DNA from: an uncultured delta proteobacterium
GTDB lineage: Bacteria > Desulfobacterota > Binatia > UBA9968
Reading direction: 5' to 3'
NCBI GenBank assembly: GCA_963847445.1
Contig: CAWJZV010000034.1
Coordinates: forward strand, 96,001 to 160,000
DNA: 64,000 nt
The notes beneath the pieces are model-generated. The model ran no database searches. It was not told where the DNA came from and saw nothing but the letters and a program-made list of their open reading frames with translations. A program made the translations under genes and the position numbers. Position 1 is the first letter of the stretch. Every line of letters begins with the position of its first letter. Shown here in pieces: positions 25,857-36,217 of this stretch.

Positions 25857-25874
25857 TCAGAGGAGGTAGTTCCC

Positions 25875-26517
25875 TTGGATACTCTGGAAATACAGGTTGA
25901 AGCACGCGATAAGCAGCGTAAACGTGACGCCAGACGGTTGCTCCGCGACGGTAAGATTCCGGCGATTCTGTACGGTCCGAAAACTGACGGCGGTCACCTT
26001 GGCGCTCGACAAGAAACAATTCTCTCGGCGCGTCGCGGGCCTGCAAGGTTCCCACCTGGTCCGGTTGAAATCGGCGTCGGCGACGCTCGCCGAAAAGGTT
26101 GCCCTGGTGAAGGACATGCAATTTCATCCGATCAGCGGCGACGTGATCCATGCCGATTTCTACGAAGTCGATCTTTCCGCGAAGATTCAGGTGCATGTGC
26201 CGCTCCACTTTGTCGGCAAGGCGGTTGGTATCGTAAACGGCGGTATTCTTCAGCCGATCTTGCGCGAGATCGAAGTCGAGTGTTTGCCGCTCGATATTCC
26301 GGAATTTTTCAACGTTGACGTAACCGCTCTGGACATCGGCGATTCGGTTCATATTGAAGATTTGCAGATGCCTGACGGGGTCGTGTCGGTTGCCGAAGAC
26401 AACCTGGCGCTGGTGGCAGTCGTGCCGCCGACTGTTGAAGCCGTTGCAACGACGACGGCTGAACCCGTGGAAGGCGCCGCTGTTGCGCCGGTGGACGCTA
26501 AAGCGGACGCCAAATAA
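25875..26517 (+). CDS. rplY: 50S ribosomal protein L25/Ctc; frameshift near 25990
   Basis: GKIPAILYG, KDMQFHP...HADFY, VPLHFVG...GGIL, IGDSVHIEDL. Confidence 0.92.
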
Positions 26518-26565
26518 GGATAACCCCTAGGCGGCAGGTCTTGCGCTTTCATCGAGATTGGCAGT

Positions 26566-27150
26566 GTGAAAATCGTCGTTGGTCTAGGGAATCCAGGAAG
26601 CAAGTACGACGGCACGCGGCATAATATCGGTTTCCTGGTTATCGACAACTTGGCGCGGCAGCACAATATCGCTCTGGATCAGCATCGATGCGATGCTCTG
26701 ATTGGACTGGGGATAAGTCACGAAGAGCCTTTGTTATTGGCCAAGCCGGAGACTTTCATGAACCGCAGCGGCGTGGCGGTGGCGGCGCTGCTCCATCAGT
26801 ATGGAGTAACGGCGGCGGATTTGGTGGTCATCTACGATGACCTGGATTTGCCGCTGGGCCGGATCAGGATTCGCACCAAGGGTAGCGCCGGCGGCCATCG
26901 CGGTGTCAGTTCGATTATCGAGCATTTAGGCGGCGTGCCGTTTAACCGCATCCGCATCGGTATTGGCCGTCCGCCCGAAGGGACAGTTGCCATCGACTAT
27001 GTGCTCGCGCCCTTCGGTGCAGCTGAAATGGCTGATTTGTCCACGGCCGTCGAACGCTCCGCGGCCGCGCTTGGCTGTCTGATCCATCAGGGCGCGGCGG
27101 CGGCCATGGGTGTTTATAATCGCGCGCTTGACGAAAACGACACATTGTAA
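26566..27150 (+). CDS. pth: Peptidyl-tRNA hydrolase
   Basis: VGLGNPG...TRHNIGF, KPETFMNRSG, YDDLDLP, GSAGGH. Confidence 0.96.
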   Translation: MKIVVGLGNPGSKYDGTRHNIGFLVIDNLARQHNIALDQHRCDALIGLGISHEEPLLLAKPETFMNRSGVAVAALLHQYGVTAADLVVIYDDLDLPLGRIRIRTKGSAGGHRGVSSIIEHLGGVPFNRIRIGIGRPPEGTVAIDYVLAPFGAAEMADLSTAVERSAAALGCLIHQGAAAAMGVYNRALDENDTL

Positions 27151-27185
27151 ACGCCAAGTGTGTATGTTAGAAAGACAATTTTCCT

Positions 27186-27632
27186 GTGGAGGGTAGTAAC
27201 ACGGTAACATTATACGAAACTCTTTTTGTTGTTCATCCGGAAAAAGGGCCGAGAAATAAAGAATTTATCGAACGATTCAACAAGGTCGTCGAAGCTCAAG
27301 AGGGCACCATCGTGCAGGTCGAAGAATGGGGACTGCGCGATCTCGCCTATCGCATCGAGAAACAAGCCAAGGGTTTCTATACCTTGATGCGCTACAAGGC
27401 CACCGGCAAGGCGGTTGCCGAGCTCGAGCGTAATCTTAAGCTCACCGACGGCATTCTGCGCTACCTGACAACGCGAGCGGTAGAGGATAGCCCGATGACC
27501 AGTCCGTCGGCGCCACGGGTGTATAGTGATGAACCGCCGCGGCGAAACTACGACGACAGAAGAAACTACGACGACAGACGGAACTACGACGATAATAGGT
27601 CGCGTGGGGGCGACCGCGAACCTTCTGCCTAG
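27186..27632 (+). CDS. rpsF: 30S ribosomal protein S6 with repetitive C-terminal tail; start uncertain
   Basis: LYETLFVVHP, EEWGLRDLAYRIEK, ELERNLK...ILRYL. Confidence 0.93.
   Translation: MEGSNTVTLYETLFVVHPEKGPRNKEFIERFNKVVEAQEGTIVQVEEWGLRDLAYRIEKQAKGFYTLMRYKATGKAVAELERNLKLTDGILRYLTTRAVEDSPMTSPSAPRVYSDEPPRRNYDDRRNYDDRRNYDDNRSRGGDREPSA
27540..27593 (+). repeat. 3 x 18-bp tandem repeat encoding RRNYDD
   Basis: cggcgaaactacgacgac / agaagaaactacgacgac / agacggaactacgacgat. Confidence 0.9.
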
Positions 27633-27791
27633 ATCGGCGTGGTATCCTTCGGGTCGCGTGAGGTTGGCTTTGATTTGCCGATCACTCGAGTTCCGGATAA
27701 TCGCCCGGTTCCCCAAAATGGTTGTACTTCCAGTCGCACGAATAGATCCACGGCTAGGAAGAGCAAGACGAAACAAGAGGTAGCGTAATTT

Positions 27792-28085
27792 ATGGCACAG
27801 TACGAACGGAGCCCGAGACCTAGCCGCGAGCGGTCCGATGAAGACAAGGGCGGCCAGCGTCGCCGGCCGATGTTCCGGCGCAAGGTTTGTCGTTTTTGCG
27901 CCGATAAGAGCCTGCGGATCGATTATAAGGATCTGCGGACGATTTCTTCCTTCGTCAGCGAGCGCGGCAAGATGACGCCGAGCCGGATCACCGGCAATTG
28001 CGCGCGCCATCAGCGGCTGCTGACGACCGCGGTCAAGCGCGCGCGCAGCATTGCCTTGCTGCCGTTTACTACCGCCAACACCTAA
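27792..28085 (+). CDS. rpsR: 30S ribosomal protein S18 (Zn-binding type)
   Basis: [40 protein letters not shown]. Confidence 0.96.
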   Translation: MAQYERSPRPSRERSDEDKGGQRRRPMFRRKVCRFCADKSLRIDYKDLRTISSFVSERGKMTPSRITGNCARHQRLLTTAVKRARSIALLPFTTANT

Positions 28086-28108
28086 ATTCGTTTCTCTGGC
28101 CAACATCC

Positions 28109-29062
28109 ATGCAGCGGCTAGAAGTCATTACCCGGTTTCTATTGGCTCTAGCCTTGAGCGTGTTTTTGTTCATGAGCGGGATCAGTTTGCCGCCCATCGG
28201 CGCGCTACTGCTGCCGTTTGTCGCCCAGCCGGTGCTGTTGTTTGGCGTCAAATACGGTATTGGCCATGGCCTCGGCGTGGTACTCGTCGCGCTCTTGCTG
28301 TTGGCGATCTTTGGCGGCACCGAACTGAGCTTGCTGTACGGCGTATTCGCCGTCCTGGCGGGAGCGCTGTTGGCGCTGGTCGGCCGGCTGCGCAGGGTTG
28401 AGTATCTTGTTGTCGCCGCGGCCACGGCGATGTTTGCTTGGGCGCTCGGTGTGGCCCGCTACTTTTTCGGCTCTTGGGCGGCGCTGGCGGGAGACTTCCG
28501 CGCCGGTGTGTCCCAACAGTTCGCGGCAGCGACGCGCATGCAGGAACAGCTAGGTTTCTCCAAGGAAAGCTTGGAACTGGTAAAAGAAAGAATGCCACAG
28601 CTGATCGATATGACTTTACAGCTCCTCCCGGGTTTGCTGTTTTTGACCTTTGCGATTGTCGCCTTGATCAATCTTCTTTCGCTGCGGCGCCGTTTCCCCG
28701 AGCGCCGAAGCGCATGGTTCGCGATCGAAAATTTCCGCAACTGGAAAGCGCCGGAACCGCTGGTCTGGGGGCTGATCGCGAGCGGCTTTAGCTTGTTTTT
28801 CCCGCTTGCCGACCTCGCGCGTCTGATCGCCATGAATCTGTTGCTGATCGTCGGTGCTTTTTACTTTGCCCAGGGGTTGGCGGTGATCGCGTTTTTTTTT
28901 CACAAAAACAACGTGCCGCGGTTCCTGCGCGGCATTACCTATATCTTGATCGTGTTTCAACAAATCTTTACGCTGATGGTTGTTGGGCTGGGGCTGTTCG
29001 ACCTATGGGGCGATTTTCGCCGCTTGGGTAAAGACAACCTGACTCCGAGCCAAGCGTCCTAG
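28109..29062 (+). CDS. DUF2232 / YybS-family membrane protein
   Basis: Multi-TM protein between rpsR and rplI; FAQGLAVI and GLGLFDLWGDFRR. Confidence 0.88.
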   Translation: MQRLEVITRFLLALALSVFLFMSGISLPPIGALLLPFVAQPVLLFGVKYGIGHGLGVVLVALLLLAIFGGTELSLLYGVFAVLAGALLALVGRLRRVEYLVVAAATAMFAWALGVARYFFGSWAALAGDFRAGVSQQFAAATRMQEQLGFSKESLELVKERMPQLIDMTLQLLPGLLFLTFAIVALINLLSLRRRFPERRSAWFAIENFRNWKAPEPLVWGLIASGFSLFFPLADLARLIAMNLLLIVGAFYFAQGLAVIAFFFHKNNVPRFLRGITYILIVFQQIFTLMVVGLGLFDLWGDFRRLGKDNLTPSQAS

Positions 29063-29072
29063 TGGAGGAACC

Positions 29073-29519
29073 ATGGAAGTTATTCTCAAAGAAGATATCG
29101 CCAATGTCGGCAAGATCGGCGAAGTCGTGCGCGTGCGCGACGGTTATGCGCGGAATTTCTTACTGCCGCGCGGGCTGGTGCTGGAGGCCAACAAGAAAAA
29201 TTTGAAGACCTTCGAGCATTCAAAAAAAATCATCGCCGATCAGAAAACCAAGGTGCTGCGCCAAGCTCAAGCCGTGGGCGATCAATTGGCCGGCGTGTCA
29301 TTGATCATTCCGATGAAGGTCGGCGAAGAAGGCAAGCTGTTCGGTTCGGTGACTAACATGCAGATCGAAAAGGCGCTCAAGGCCAAAGGACTCGTCGTCG
29401 ACCGGCGCAAGATTCATTTGAACGAAACGATCAAGGTCGTCGGCGACTACGACGTGCCGGTCAGGTTGTCGGCGGATCTGACGGTAACGCTCAAAGTGTC
29501 GGTGGTGGCGGACAGCTAA
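29073..29519 (+). CDS. rplI: 50S ribosomal protein L9
   Basis: MEVILKEDI...GYARNFLLP, GKLFGSVT. Confidence 0.96.
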   Translation: MEVILKEDIANVGKIGEVVRVRDGYARNFLLPRGLVLEANKKNLKTFEHSKKIIADQKTKVLRQAQAVGDQLAGVSLIIPMKVGEEGKLFGSVTNMQIEKALKAKGLVVDRRKIHLNETIKVVGDYDVPVRLSADLTVTLKVSVVADS

Positions 29520-29560
29520 AGCTAGGCGTATTCATAGAGTCCAATCATCGGTCCGATCAC

Positions 29561-29600
29561 GATGGGGTGGGCGCGTCAGTGTCCCATCCCATTTTTATTT
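29561..29600 (+). terminator. Intrinsic terminator after rplI
   Basis: atggggtggg...cccatcccat hairpin followed by ttttattt. Confidence 0.7.
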
Positions 29601-29681
29601 GTGGCGGTTCCCTGGTGCGCCGGTGGCAATCGAATTGCGGTAACCTCGCCGGGTGAAGCCTGCGCAGACGAAGTATTACCA

Positions 29682-30575
29682 ATGAGATCCACAGCAGCCA
29701 CCTCGCCTGCGCTATTTGGCATCGAGCGCGGCCGGCTACTTATCCTGGCGGCCGCGATTCTCTGGAGTCTCGCCGGCGTGTTTATCAAATTCCTCGATAT
29801 CCATGCGCTGGCTATCGTATTTTACCGCAGTTTGTTCGCTGCGCTGGTATTCATGCCGTTTTTGAAGCGGCGTGATTTTCGCTGCAGTGGCACGATTGTG
29901 GTTTCGGTCTTGAGTTACACCGCGGCGATCAGCGCGTTCGTCTCCGCCAATAAACTGACCAGTGCCGCTAATGCCATCGTGCTCCAGTATACGGCGCCGA
30001 TCTTCGTGTTTTTGTTTTCGTGGCTGGTTATGCGGGAAAAAATCGCCAAGGCCAATCTATTTGCCCTGGCGGTGGCGATGCTCGGTATCGGCATCATTTC
30101 ACTCGACAGCGCCGGTGAGCCCGAGATGGCGGGGGTCGCGCTTGCGCTGGTGAGCGGCGTGCTGTTCGCGGCTTATATGATCAACCTGCAACGCACGAAA
30201 GGTATCGCTCCGGTGTATTTGACCTGGGTCAACAATCTCTTCTGCGCGTTGTTGCTCTTCTGGTTTGTTCAAGCCCAGCTGGCGTTGACGGTGAATCAGG
30301 CGATGATTCTCGCCGTCATGGGGGCGGTGCAACTCGGTGCGCCTTATTATCTCTTTTCCAAGGGACTGCAGACGGTGTCGTTGCCGGAAGCATCGCTGAT
30401 CGCGTTGATCGAGCCAGTGCTCAATCCGCTGTGGGTCGCATTGATCGTCGGCGAGTTGCCGTCAACCGCCACCGTTCGGGGCGGCGCGTTGATCTTGTTC
30501 GGTCTCGGCGTGCGCTATGTTTGGCCGTTGGTCATAACGCACACCGAAGACGAGCGCTACGAATCAGAGAAGTGA
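29682..30575 (+). CDS. EamA/DMT-family transporter
   Basis: About 10 TM; ANAIVLQYTAPIFV and EASLIALIEPVLNPLWV. Confidence 0.9.
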   Translation: MRSTAATSPALFGIERGRLLILAAAILWSLAGVFIKFLDIHALAIVFYRSLFAALVFMPFLKRRDFRCSGTIVVSVLSYTAAISAFVSANKLTSAANAIVLQYTAPIFVFLFSWLVMREKIAKANLFALAVAMLGIGIISLDSAGEPEMAGVALALVSGVLFAAYMINLQRTKGIAPVYLTWVNNLFCALLLFWFVQAQLALTVNQAMILAVMGAVQLGAPYYLFSKGLQTVSLPEASLIALIEPVLNPLWVALIVGELPSTATVRGGALILFGLGVRYVWPLVITHTEDERYESEK

Positions 30576-30585
30576 TTTCGTTTCC

Positions 30586-31005
30586 TCATCCGGCAACGCG
30601 CACGTTGCCGGGATGACGGATCTTGTCCATTTCCTCTTTAGGTAGCGTCTTGATGTCCTTGCGCAGCTCGTAATTGATATGCTGGATCGCTTCCGACGGC
30701 CCGGAGCGGTTGCCCATGAGCACCATCGGACCGCTGCCGGTATTCTCTAACTGATAGAACGAGCCGCCGGTGATGGTTGCCACCTTGCCGGGTGTCATGA
30801 CCACCTTGCCGCCGTCGGGAAAGTGCATGGTGCATTCACCGTCGATGACGTAGAACGTTTGATCGGCGTTGTGGCAGTGCATGTCGTCGGCGTCGCCGGG
30901 CTTGGGGTAAACATGCACCCAGGCGTGAAACTTATTGGTGTTGAAGATGACTTGGCGTTTGCCTTCGCCCGCCTTCTTAACCATATCCACGATTTCGATG
31001 GGCAT
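30586..31005 (-). CDS. Cupin domain protein
   Basis: MHCHNADQTFYVIDGE cupin motif 1, LENTG; GAGGAGG SD. Confidence 0.8.
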   Translation of the reverse strand: MPIEIVDMVKKAGEGKRQVIFNTNKFHAWVHVYPKPGDADDMHCHNADQTFYVIDGECTMHFPDGGKVVMTPGKVATITGGSFYQLENTGSGPMVLMGNRSGPSEAIQHINYELRKDIKTLPKEEMDKIRHPGNVRVAG

Positions 31006-31143
31006 AATTCCTCCTCGGTAATTGTTCCTGTCAAATTATCGCTCTCCGGCTATGCTGTCAAATTCCGCATAGGCCAGGATTCACATTCAAAATCGATTTG
31101 TGATAGTTTTTGGCCATTCAATTTCAGAGCTTAGGAGGCAAGT

Positions 31144-32010
31144 ATGTCGATGAACTGGGGAATGGCGAATCGTTTGGCGCGAATTATCAAATCGGACGGC
31201 CGGGCGGTGATGCTCGCCGTCGACCACGGCTACTTTCTCGGACCGACGAGCGGTTTGGAAGAGCCGCGCAAAACCATCGAACCGTTGATGCCGCATGCCG
31301 ACTCGATCATGCTGACGCGCGGCGTGTTGCGTACCTCGGTGGACGCCAAAGCCGACAAGCCGATCGTGCTTCGCGTCTCGGGCGGCACGAGCATTCTGAA
31401 AGAATTGTCCAACGAAGATATTACCGTGTCGATCGAAGAGTGCATTCGGCTCAATGTCTCGGCGATCGCGTTGTCGATTTTCGTCGGCTCGGAGTTCGAG
31501 AAAGAGACTTTGGTCAGCTTGGCCAAGCTGGTCGACGAAGGCGAGAAGTACGGCATCCCCGTGCTCGCCGTTACCGCAGTGGGCAAGGACATGGCGCGCG
31601 ACGTGCGCTATCTCGGCCTGTCCTGCCGCATCGCCGCCGAGATGGGCGCGCACATCGTCAAAACCTACCACTGCGACAACTTCGAAGAGCTGATCGGCAG
31701 CTGCCCGATCCCGGTCATCGTCGCCGGCGGCAAGAAGACGCCGGAGATGGAAGCCTTAGAGCTAACTTACAACGCCGTCAAAGGCGGCGCGGTCGGCGTC
31801 GACATGGGCCGCAATATCTTCCAGTCCGATTCGCCCGTCGGAATGATCAAAGCCGTGCGCGCGATTGTCCATGAGAATGTTTCGGTCAAAGAGGCGTTCA
31901 AGATTTATGAGAGTGAGAAGACAGTAAGGCGCGAAAGGCTGCGTAAGAGCGAGCTGACGTCAGAGGAAGGGGACTGTCGCGACCATCTCCTACGTTCGCG
32001 AACACGATGA
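31144..32010 (+). CDS. lsrF: LsrF-like class I aldolase/thiolase
   Basis: WGMANRLARI, MLAVDHGYFLGPTSGLE, AAEMGAHIVKTY, AGGKK, DMGRNIFQ. Confidence 0.88.
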   Translation: MSMNWGMANRLARIIKSDGRAVMLAVDHGYFLGPTSGLEEPRKTIEPLMPHADSIMLTRGVLRTSVDAKADKPIVLRVSGGTSILKELSNEDITVSIEECIRLNVSAIALSIFVGSEFEKETLVSLAKLVDEGEKYGIPVLAVTAVGKDMARDVRYLGLSCRIAAEMGAHIVKTYHCDNFEELIGSCPIPVIVAGGKKTPEMEALELTYNAVKGGAVGVDMGRNIFQSDSPVGMIKAVRAIVHENVSVKEAFKIYESEKTVRRERLRKSELTSEEGDCRDHLLRSRTR

Positions 32011-33042
32011 ATGATGCGCGTCGCGATGTACTACAACAACCGGGACGTTCGTCTCGAAGAACTGCCGGTTCCGAAGATTGGTCCCGGCGAATTGCTGTTG
32101 CGTACGCGAGCGAGCGGGGTTTGCGGCAGCGACTTGATGGAGTGGTATCGCATCAAGAAGGCACCGCTGGTCCTGGGCCATGAGATTACCGCCGAAGTCG
32201 TAAAACTGGGCGCGGGCGTCGATACGTTTAAGGTCGGCGATCGGGTTTTCTCCACTCACCATGTGCCGTGCGGCACAGTGCCGCTATTGCTTGGCCGGGC
32301 ATCAATCGGTTTGCGACCTGTTGCGCACGACGCATTTCGAGCCTGGCGGCTTTGCCGAGTACATTCGCGTGCCGAAGATTAACGTCGAGTTGGGGACGTT
32401 GCGCATTCCCGATTCGATGACCTTCGATGAAGGCTCGTTTATCGAGCCGTTGGCGTGCGTCGTGCGGGCGCAGCGATTCGCCAAGCTCGCGCGCTGGGCA
32501 GACGGTTTTGGTGATCGGCAGCGGTATTTCCGGCTTGCTGCACGTTCAGCTCGCCAAGGCGCGCGGCGCGGCTCGCGTTATCGCCACCGATATCAGCGAC
32601 TATCGATTGAATGCGGCCAAACAGTTCGGCGCCGATGCGACGATTCACGGCGCGGAAGACGTGCCGGCGCGGCTAAAAGAATTCAACGACGGCCGCCTGG
32701 CCGACCTGGTGATCGTTTGCACCGGCGCCATGCCGGCGATTCAGCAGGCGACGAAATCGATCGATCGCGGCGGGACGTTGCTTTTCTTTGCGCCCACCGC
32801 GGCGGGCGTCGATGTGCCAATTCCGCTGTTCGATTTCTGGCGCGATGAAATCACCGTGGTCACCTCGTACGCCGGCAGCGGCGACGATTTGAAAGAATCG
32901 CTTGGAACTAATCAGTGATCGCAAGGTGCGGGTTGCCGACATGGTGACGCACCGATTGCCGCTGGCGGAGACGGGTGTGGGTTTTCAATTGACGGCGAGC
33001 GGGCAGGATTCGATCAAGGTGATTATCGATCCGTTGCTTTGA
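32011..33042 (+). CDS. Zn-dependent alcohol/polyol dehydrogenase (MDR); frameshifted
   Basis: GVCGSD, GHE, HHVPC..C.YC..GH.SVC, GSGISGL, THRLPL. Confidence 0.88.
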
Positions 33043-33071
33043 CCGGGCGCAGCGTGCCGCGCCCCTGCCGG

Positions 33072-34058
33072 TTATTTCCCGATTCCCAATTCTTTTCTCG
33101 CCTTGTCCAAGAAACTGTAGTCGACGACATCAGCGACGGTCACCGGCTTGGTGACCTTGGCGCTGTCGCGGGCGAGGTCGATGAGGACTTGGACCGATTC
33201 CGGTTTGACGTAGGCGTCTTTGGTCAGCACGCGACCGACTTGGCGCGACATTTCGGCGGCCATCTTGCGGTCATTCACTTTCCATTGTTTCATCAAGATG
33301 TTGGTCACGGCTTCCTGGTTGTTCTTATCCCAGACGAATTGCAGGCCGCGCAGGGTGGCGCGTACCATGCGGTAGACTTCGTCAGGGTTTTCGCGGATGC
33401 GTTTGTCCGAAGTGCCGAAGCCGTTCTGGGGAAATTCGATGACGTCGCCGAGAAAAAGCAGTTCGTTATAACCCTTTTCCTGGGCGATGATGTTTTCCGG
33501 CACGGAAATCAGCGATGCTTCGACGACGCCGGATTCCAATACGGCGAGCCGGCTCGCGGCGTTGCCGGACATTTGCAGGACCGAAACGTCCTTGCCGGGC
33601 TCCAGGCCGATTTGTTTGAGCGCTTGATTGGCGAGTAGCGTCGCCGAGCCGCCGGGCGAACTGCCGGCGATTTTTTTGCCTTTGAGCTGCTTCAAGTCTT
33701 TGATGTTTTTCTGGCCGATCAAAAATAGCAGCGGTTTCGACACGGTGAAGAGCAAGACTTTCATCGGCCGGCCTTGGACTGCGGCGCCGATGGTGCCGGT
33801 GACGGCGCCGTTGAAGTCGACGTCGCCGTTCAACACCGCCGTGCTGGCCAAGTTGGCCGGCATGAAAATGATCTCCAGGTCGATGCCTTCGTCTTTGAAA
33901 AAGCCGCGATGGAGCGCCGTGTAGAGCGCGAGGAATGAGACATTGGTCGACGAGCTGGCCATGCGGACTTTTTTGAGGGTCTGGGCGTCATGGACGGCAC
34001 GAGTAGCCAGCACTGCGGCAGAAAGACGAGAATGCCAATGATCAACGCTTTTTTTCAT
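33072..34058 (-). CDS. ABC-type substrate-binding protein, NitT/TauT/SsuA family
   Basis: GFFKDEGIDLEI, DLKQLKGKKIAGSSPGG, DVVDYSFL; signal peptide region frameshifted. Confidence 0.88.
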   Translation of the reverse strand: MKKSVDHWHSRLSAAVLATRAVHDAQTLKKVRMASSSTNVSFLALYTALHRGFFKDEGIDLEIIFMPANLASTAVLNGDVDFNGAVTGTIGAAVQGRPMKVLLFTVSKPLLFLIGQKNIKDLKQLKGKKIAGSSPGGSATLLANQALKQIGLEPGKDVSVLQMSGNAASRLAVLESGVVEASLISVPENIIAQEKGYNELLFLGDVIEFPQNGFGTSDKRIRENPDEVYRMVRATLRGLQFVWDKNNQEAVTNILMKQWKVNDRKMAAEMSRQVGRVLTKDAYVKPESVQVLIDLARDSAKVTKPVTVADVVDYSFLDKARKELGIGK

Positions 34059-34094
34059 GATTTCTGTCTCCATCGGTCTAGGCGTCAAATTAAC

Positions 34095-34123
34095 CTGGAT
34101 TCCCGCGTTCGCGGGAATGACGG
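34095..34123. repeat. dRS3/REP-like palindrome
   Basis: ctggATTCCCGCG-tt-CGCGGGAATgacgg. Confidence 0.8.
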
Positions 34124-34158
34124 ATAAAGCGCGAGTTCCTCAGTGTTGGATCGATTTC

Positions 34159-36067
34159 TCAATCGAGCTGGCTCCACTCTTTGAATTCTTCGAGCCCCAA
34201 CTTTTGCAGCGTGTCCATGTATGGCCGGCCGGTGTGTTCGTGGCGGCCGGAGATTTTGTAATATTCGTAAACCAACTCAGGCAGCCACTTGGCGATGGTG
34301 AAGCCTTTGTACTTGCCGTCGGGGATCGGTTCCAAAAAGCGCGGACCGACGTCTTGCCAGTCATGTTCGGCGATCCAGCCGCGCTGGGTGCCGAAGACGC
34401 TTTGTAAAATAATCGCGCGGTGGCCGGCGTCGACGAGTTCGTCCAAATTCACGTCCCAACCGGTGGTCGCGTTGAGCGCATCGAGCATGCTCTGCACGCC
34501 GTCAGGCGGTTTGTCGTTTAACGCGAACCAGCAGCCGCCCATGATGCCGCAGGCCTGGCGGACCTTCTCGGTAATTAAATGCGAACTGGTCCAACCGTCC
34601 GGTTGATTGGGATCGAGCGGGCCCCATTTTTCCCGGTATTTCAAATCGGCGGGCGGTTCGGTGCCGCCGGCGCCCTGGGGCTTCATGCCGCCGCTGGCGA
34701 CCAGTTCGCGGAGCATTTGGCTCAAGCATCGGCCGCCACTCATGCTGGGCCGGCGTGCCGCCTTTGGTGTGCACCACCCAGTTCTTGGCTTCGCCGCCCA
34801 GCTCTTCCGCCAGCTCTTTGGGACCGTCGGCGAGAATGTTGCCGAGCCAGGTTTCGCGCCGGGCGCAGCGTTCGAGCAACGTCTCGACCGCGTCCATGTC
34901 GCCCCATTCCAACTTCAAGCCGTCGGTCTTGTCGGGGCCGAGCACGCCTTTCTCCCAGGCTTCGAAGGCGAGCCCGGCGCCGCAGGCGAAGTGGCTGCAC
35001 TCGATGCCGAGATCGTTGATGCGTTCGGAGAGATAGAGCACGTCGTTGCCTTTGAAGCCAAGGTTGTAAAACGTGTCCATCCACTCGCTGCCGGCGTTGA
35101 AGTGGCCGATCTTGCCTTTGAAGCGGCCTTCGCCGATCTCGACATCCCATGGGCACATGCGCGGGCATTGAAAGCAGGGACGCAGCGTGACGCGATTCTG
35201 ATCGAGCCCCTTGGCTTCGTCGGTGATGATCGTGCTGCGCCAGTTCAACTTCGTAATCGCGCCCCAGTCCTCGCCATGGCCGACGCTGGTGAGCCGTTTC
35301 TTCACGGTGGTCTTGCGCGACGCGATCGCTTTGGACCAGCGCACGCCGGCGTCGATTAATCTGTTTTTGTCATGCAAGCGCGGCCGCTTGGTGCCCCAGG
35401 CGACCAAGGCTTTGAGTTTCTTCGAGCCCATCACCGCGCCCAGACCGTGCGCCGCGGTGTGATTGTAGTCGTTGACCAGCATGGCGGCGCGCACCAGGTT
35501 TTCACCGGCGGGACCGATGGCGCCGACGCGCGCGTCTTGATGGCCGGATTCTCTGCGCAGGGTGTCTTCAGTTTCGCGAATGCCCTTTCCCCAAACCCCG
35601 CTCGCGTCGCGCAGCTCGACTTTGTCCTCGCCGATGTAAAGATACTTGGGTGTCTGCGCCGCGCCGGTGACGATGATGCCGTCGTAGCCGGCGCATTTTA
35701 ACGACGTGCCGAAATAGCCGCTGGTGGCGCCGCGGCCGAGGGTGTACTTGGTCGCCGGACTCAAATAGACGAAACACATCTTGGTGCCGCCGGGAGTGAA
35801 CCCAGTGCCGGTGATCGGGCCGGTCATGCCGACGATGACATTGCGGGCATCGTAGGGATCGATGCCGAGGGGCAGTTCGTTGAGCAAGACATACTCGGCA
35901 AAGAGTTGGCCGCCCCAATATTTTCTTAGCAGCGGTTCTTCGGGAAGATTGATGTCGGTGAGTTTTCCCGCCGTCATGTCGACGCGCAGGATCTTTCCCA
36001 TGTAGCCGCCGGGCAAACGGGTTTTGCGTACGCTCGGAAAGAAGTTGACGTATTCGGGGTTTGCCAT
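34159..36067 (-). CDS. Aldehyde:ferredoxin oxidoreductase-family protein, divergent paralog A; frameshift near 34725
   Basis: GYMGKILRVDM, LKCAGYDGII, IGPAGENLV, GAVMGSKKLKA, CFQCPRMC, GGCWF, TLQKLGL. Confidence 0.88.
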
Positions 36068-36092
36068 CGTGTGCCTCGATTAAGTTAAGACT

Positions 36093-36217
36093 CGTTCCAA
36101 TAGTTCCAATCGTTCCAGATGTTCCAAATGTTTCGGATGCTGTCGCTCCGCTATTCCGTAGTCCTTAAACGACTGGAACTTTTGGAACGGCATGGAACGC
36201 GAACGCGCAGCGTTCGC
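36093..36217. repeat. 9-bp-period inverted repeat element, (GTTCCAAnn)n...(nnTTGGAAC)n
   Basis: cgttccaatagttccaatcgttccagatgttccaaat ... ctggaacttttggaacggcatggaac. Confidence 0.8.

Noticed and set aside
27633-27791. Hidden gene or ncRNA between rpsF and rpsR, where ssb/priB often lies
   Set aside because: No convincing ORF with an SD; only a weak cUUCGg hairpin
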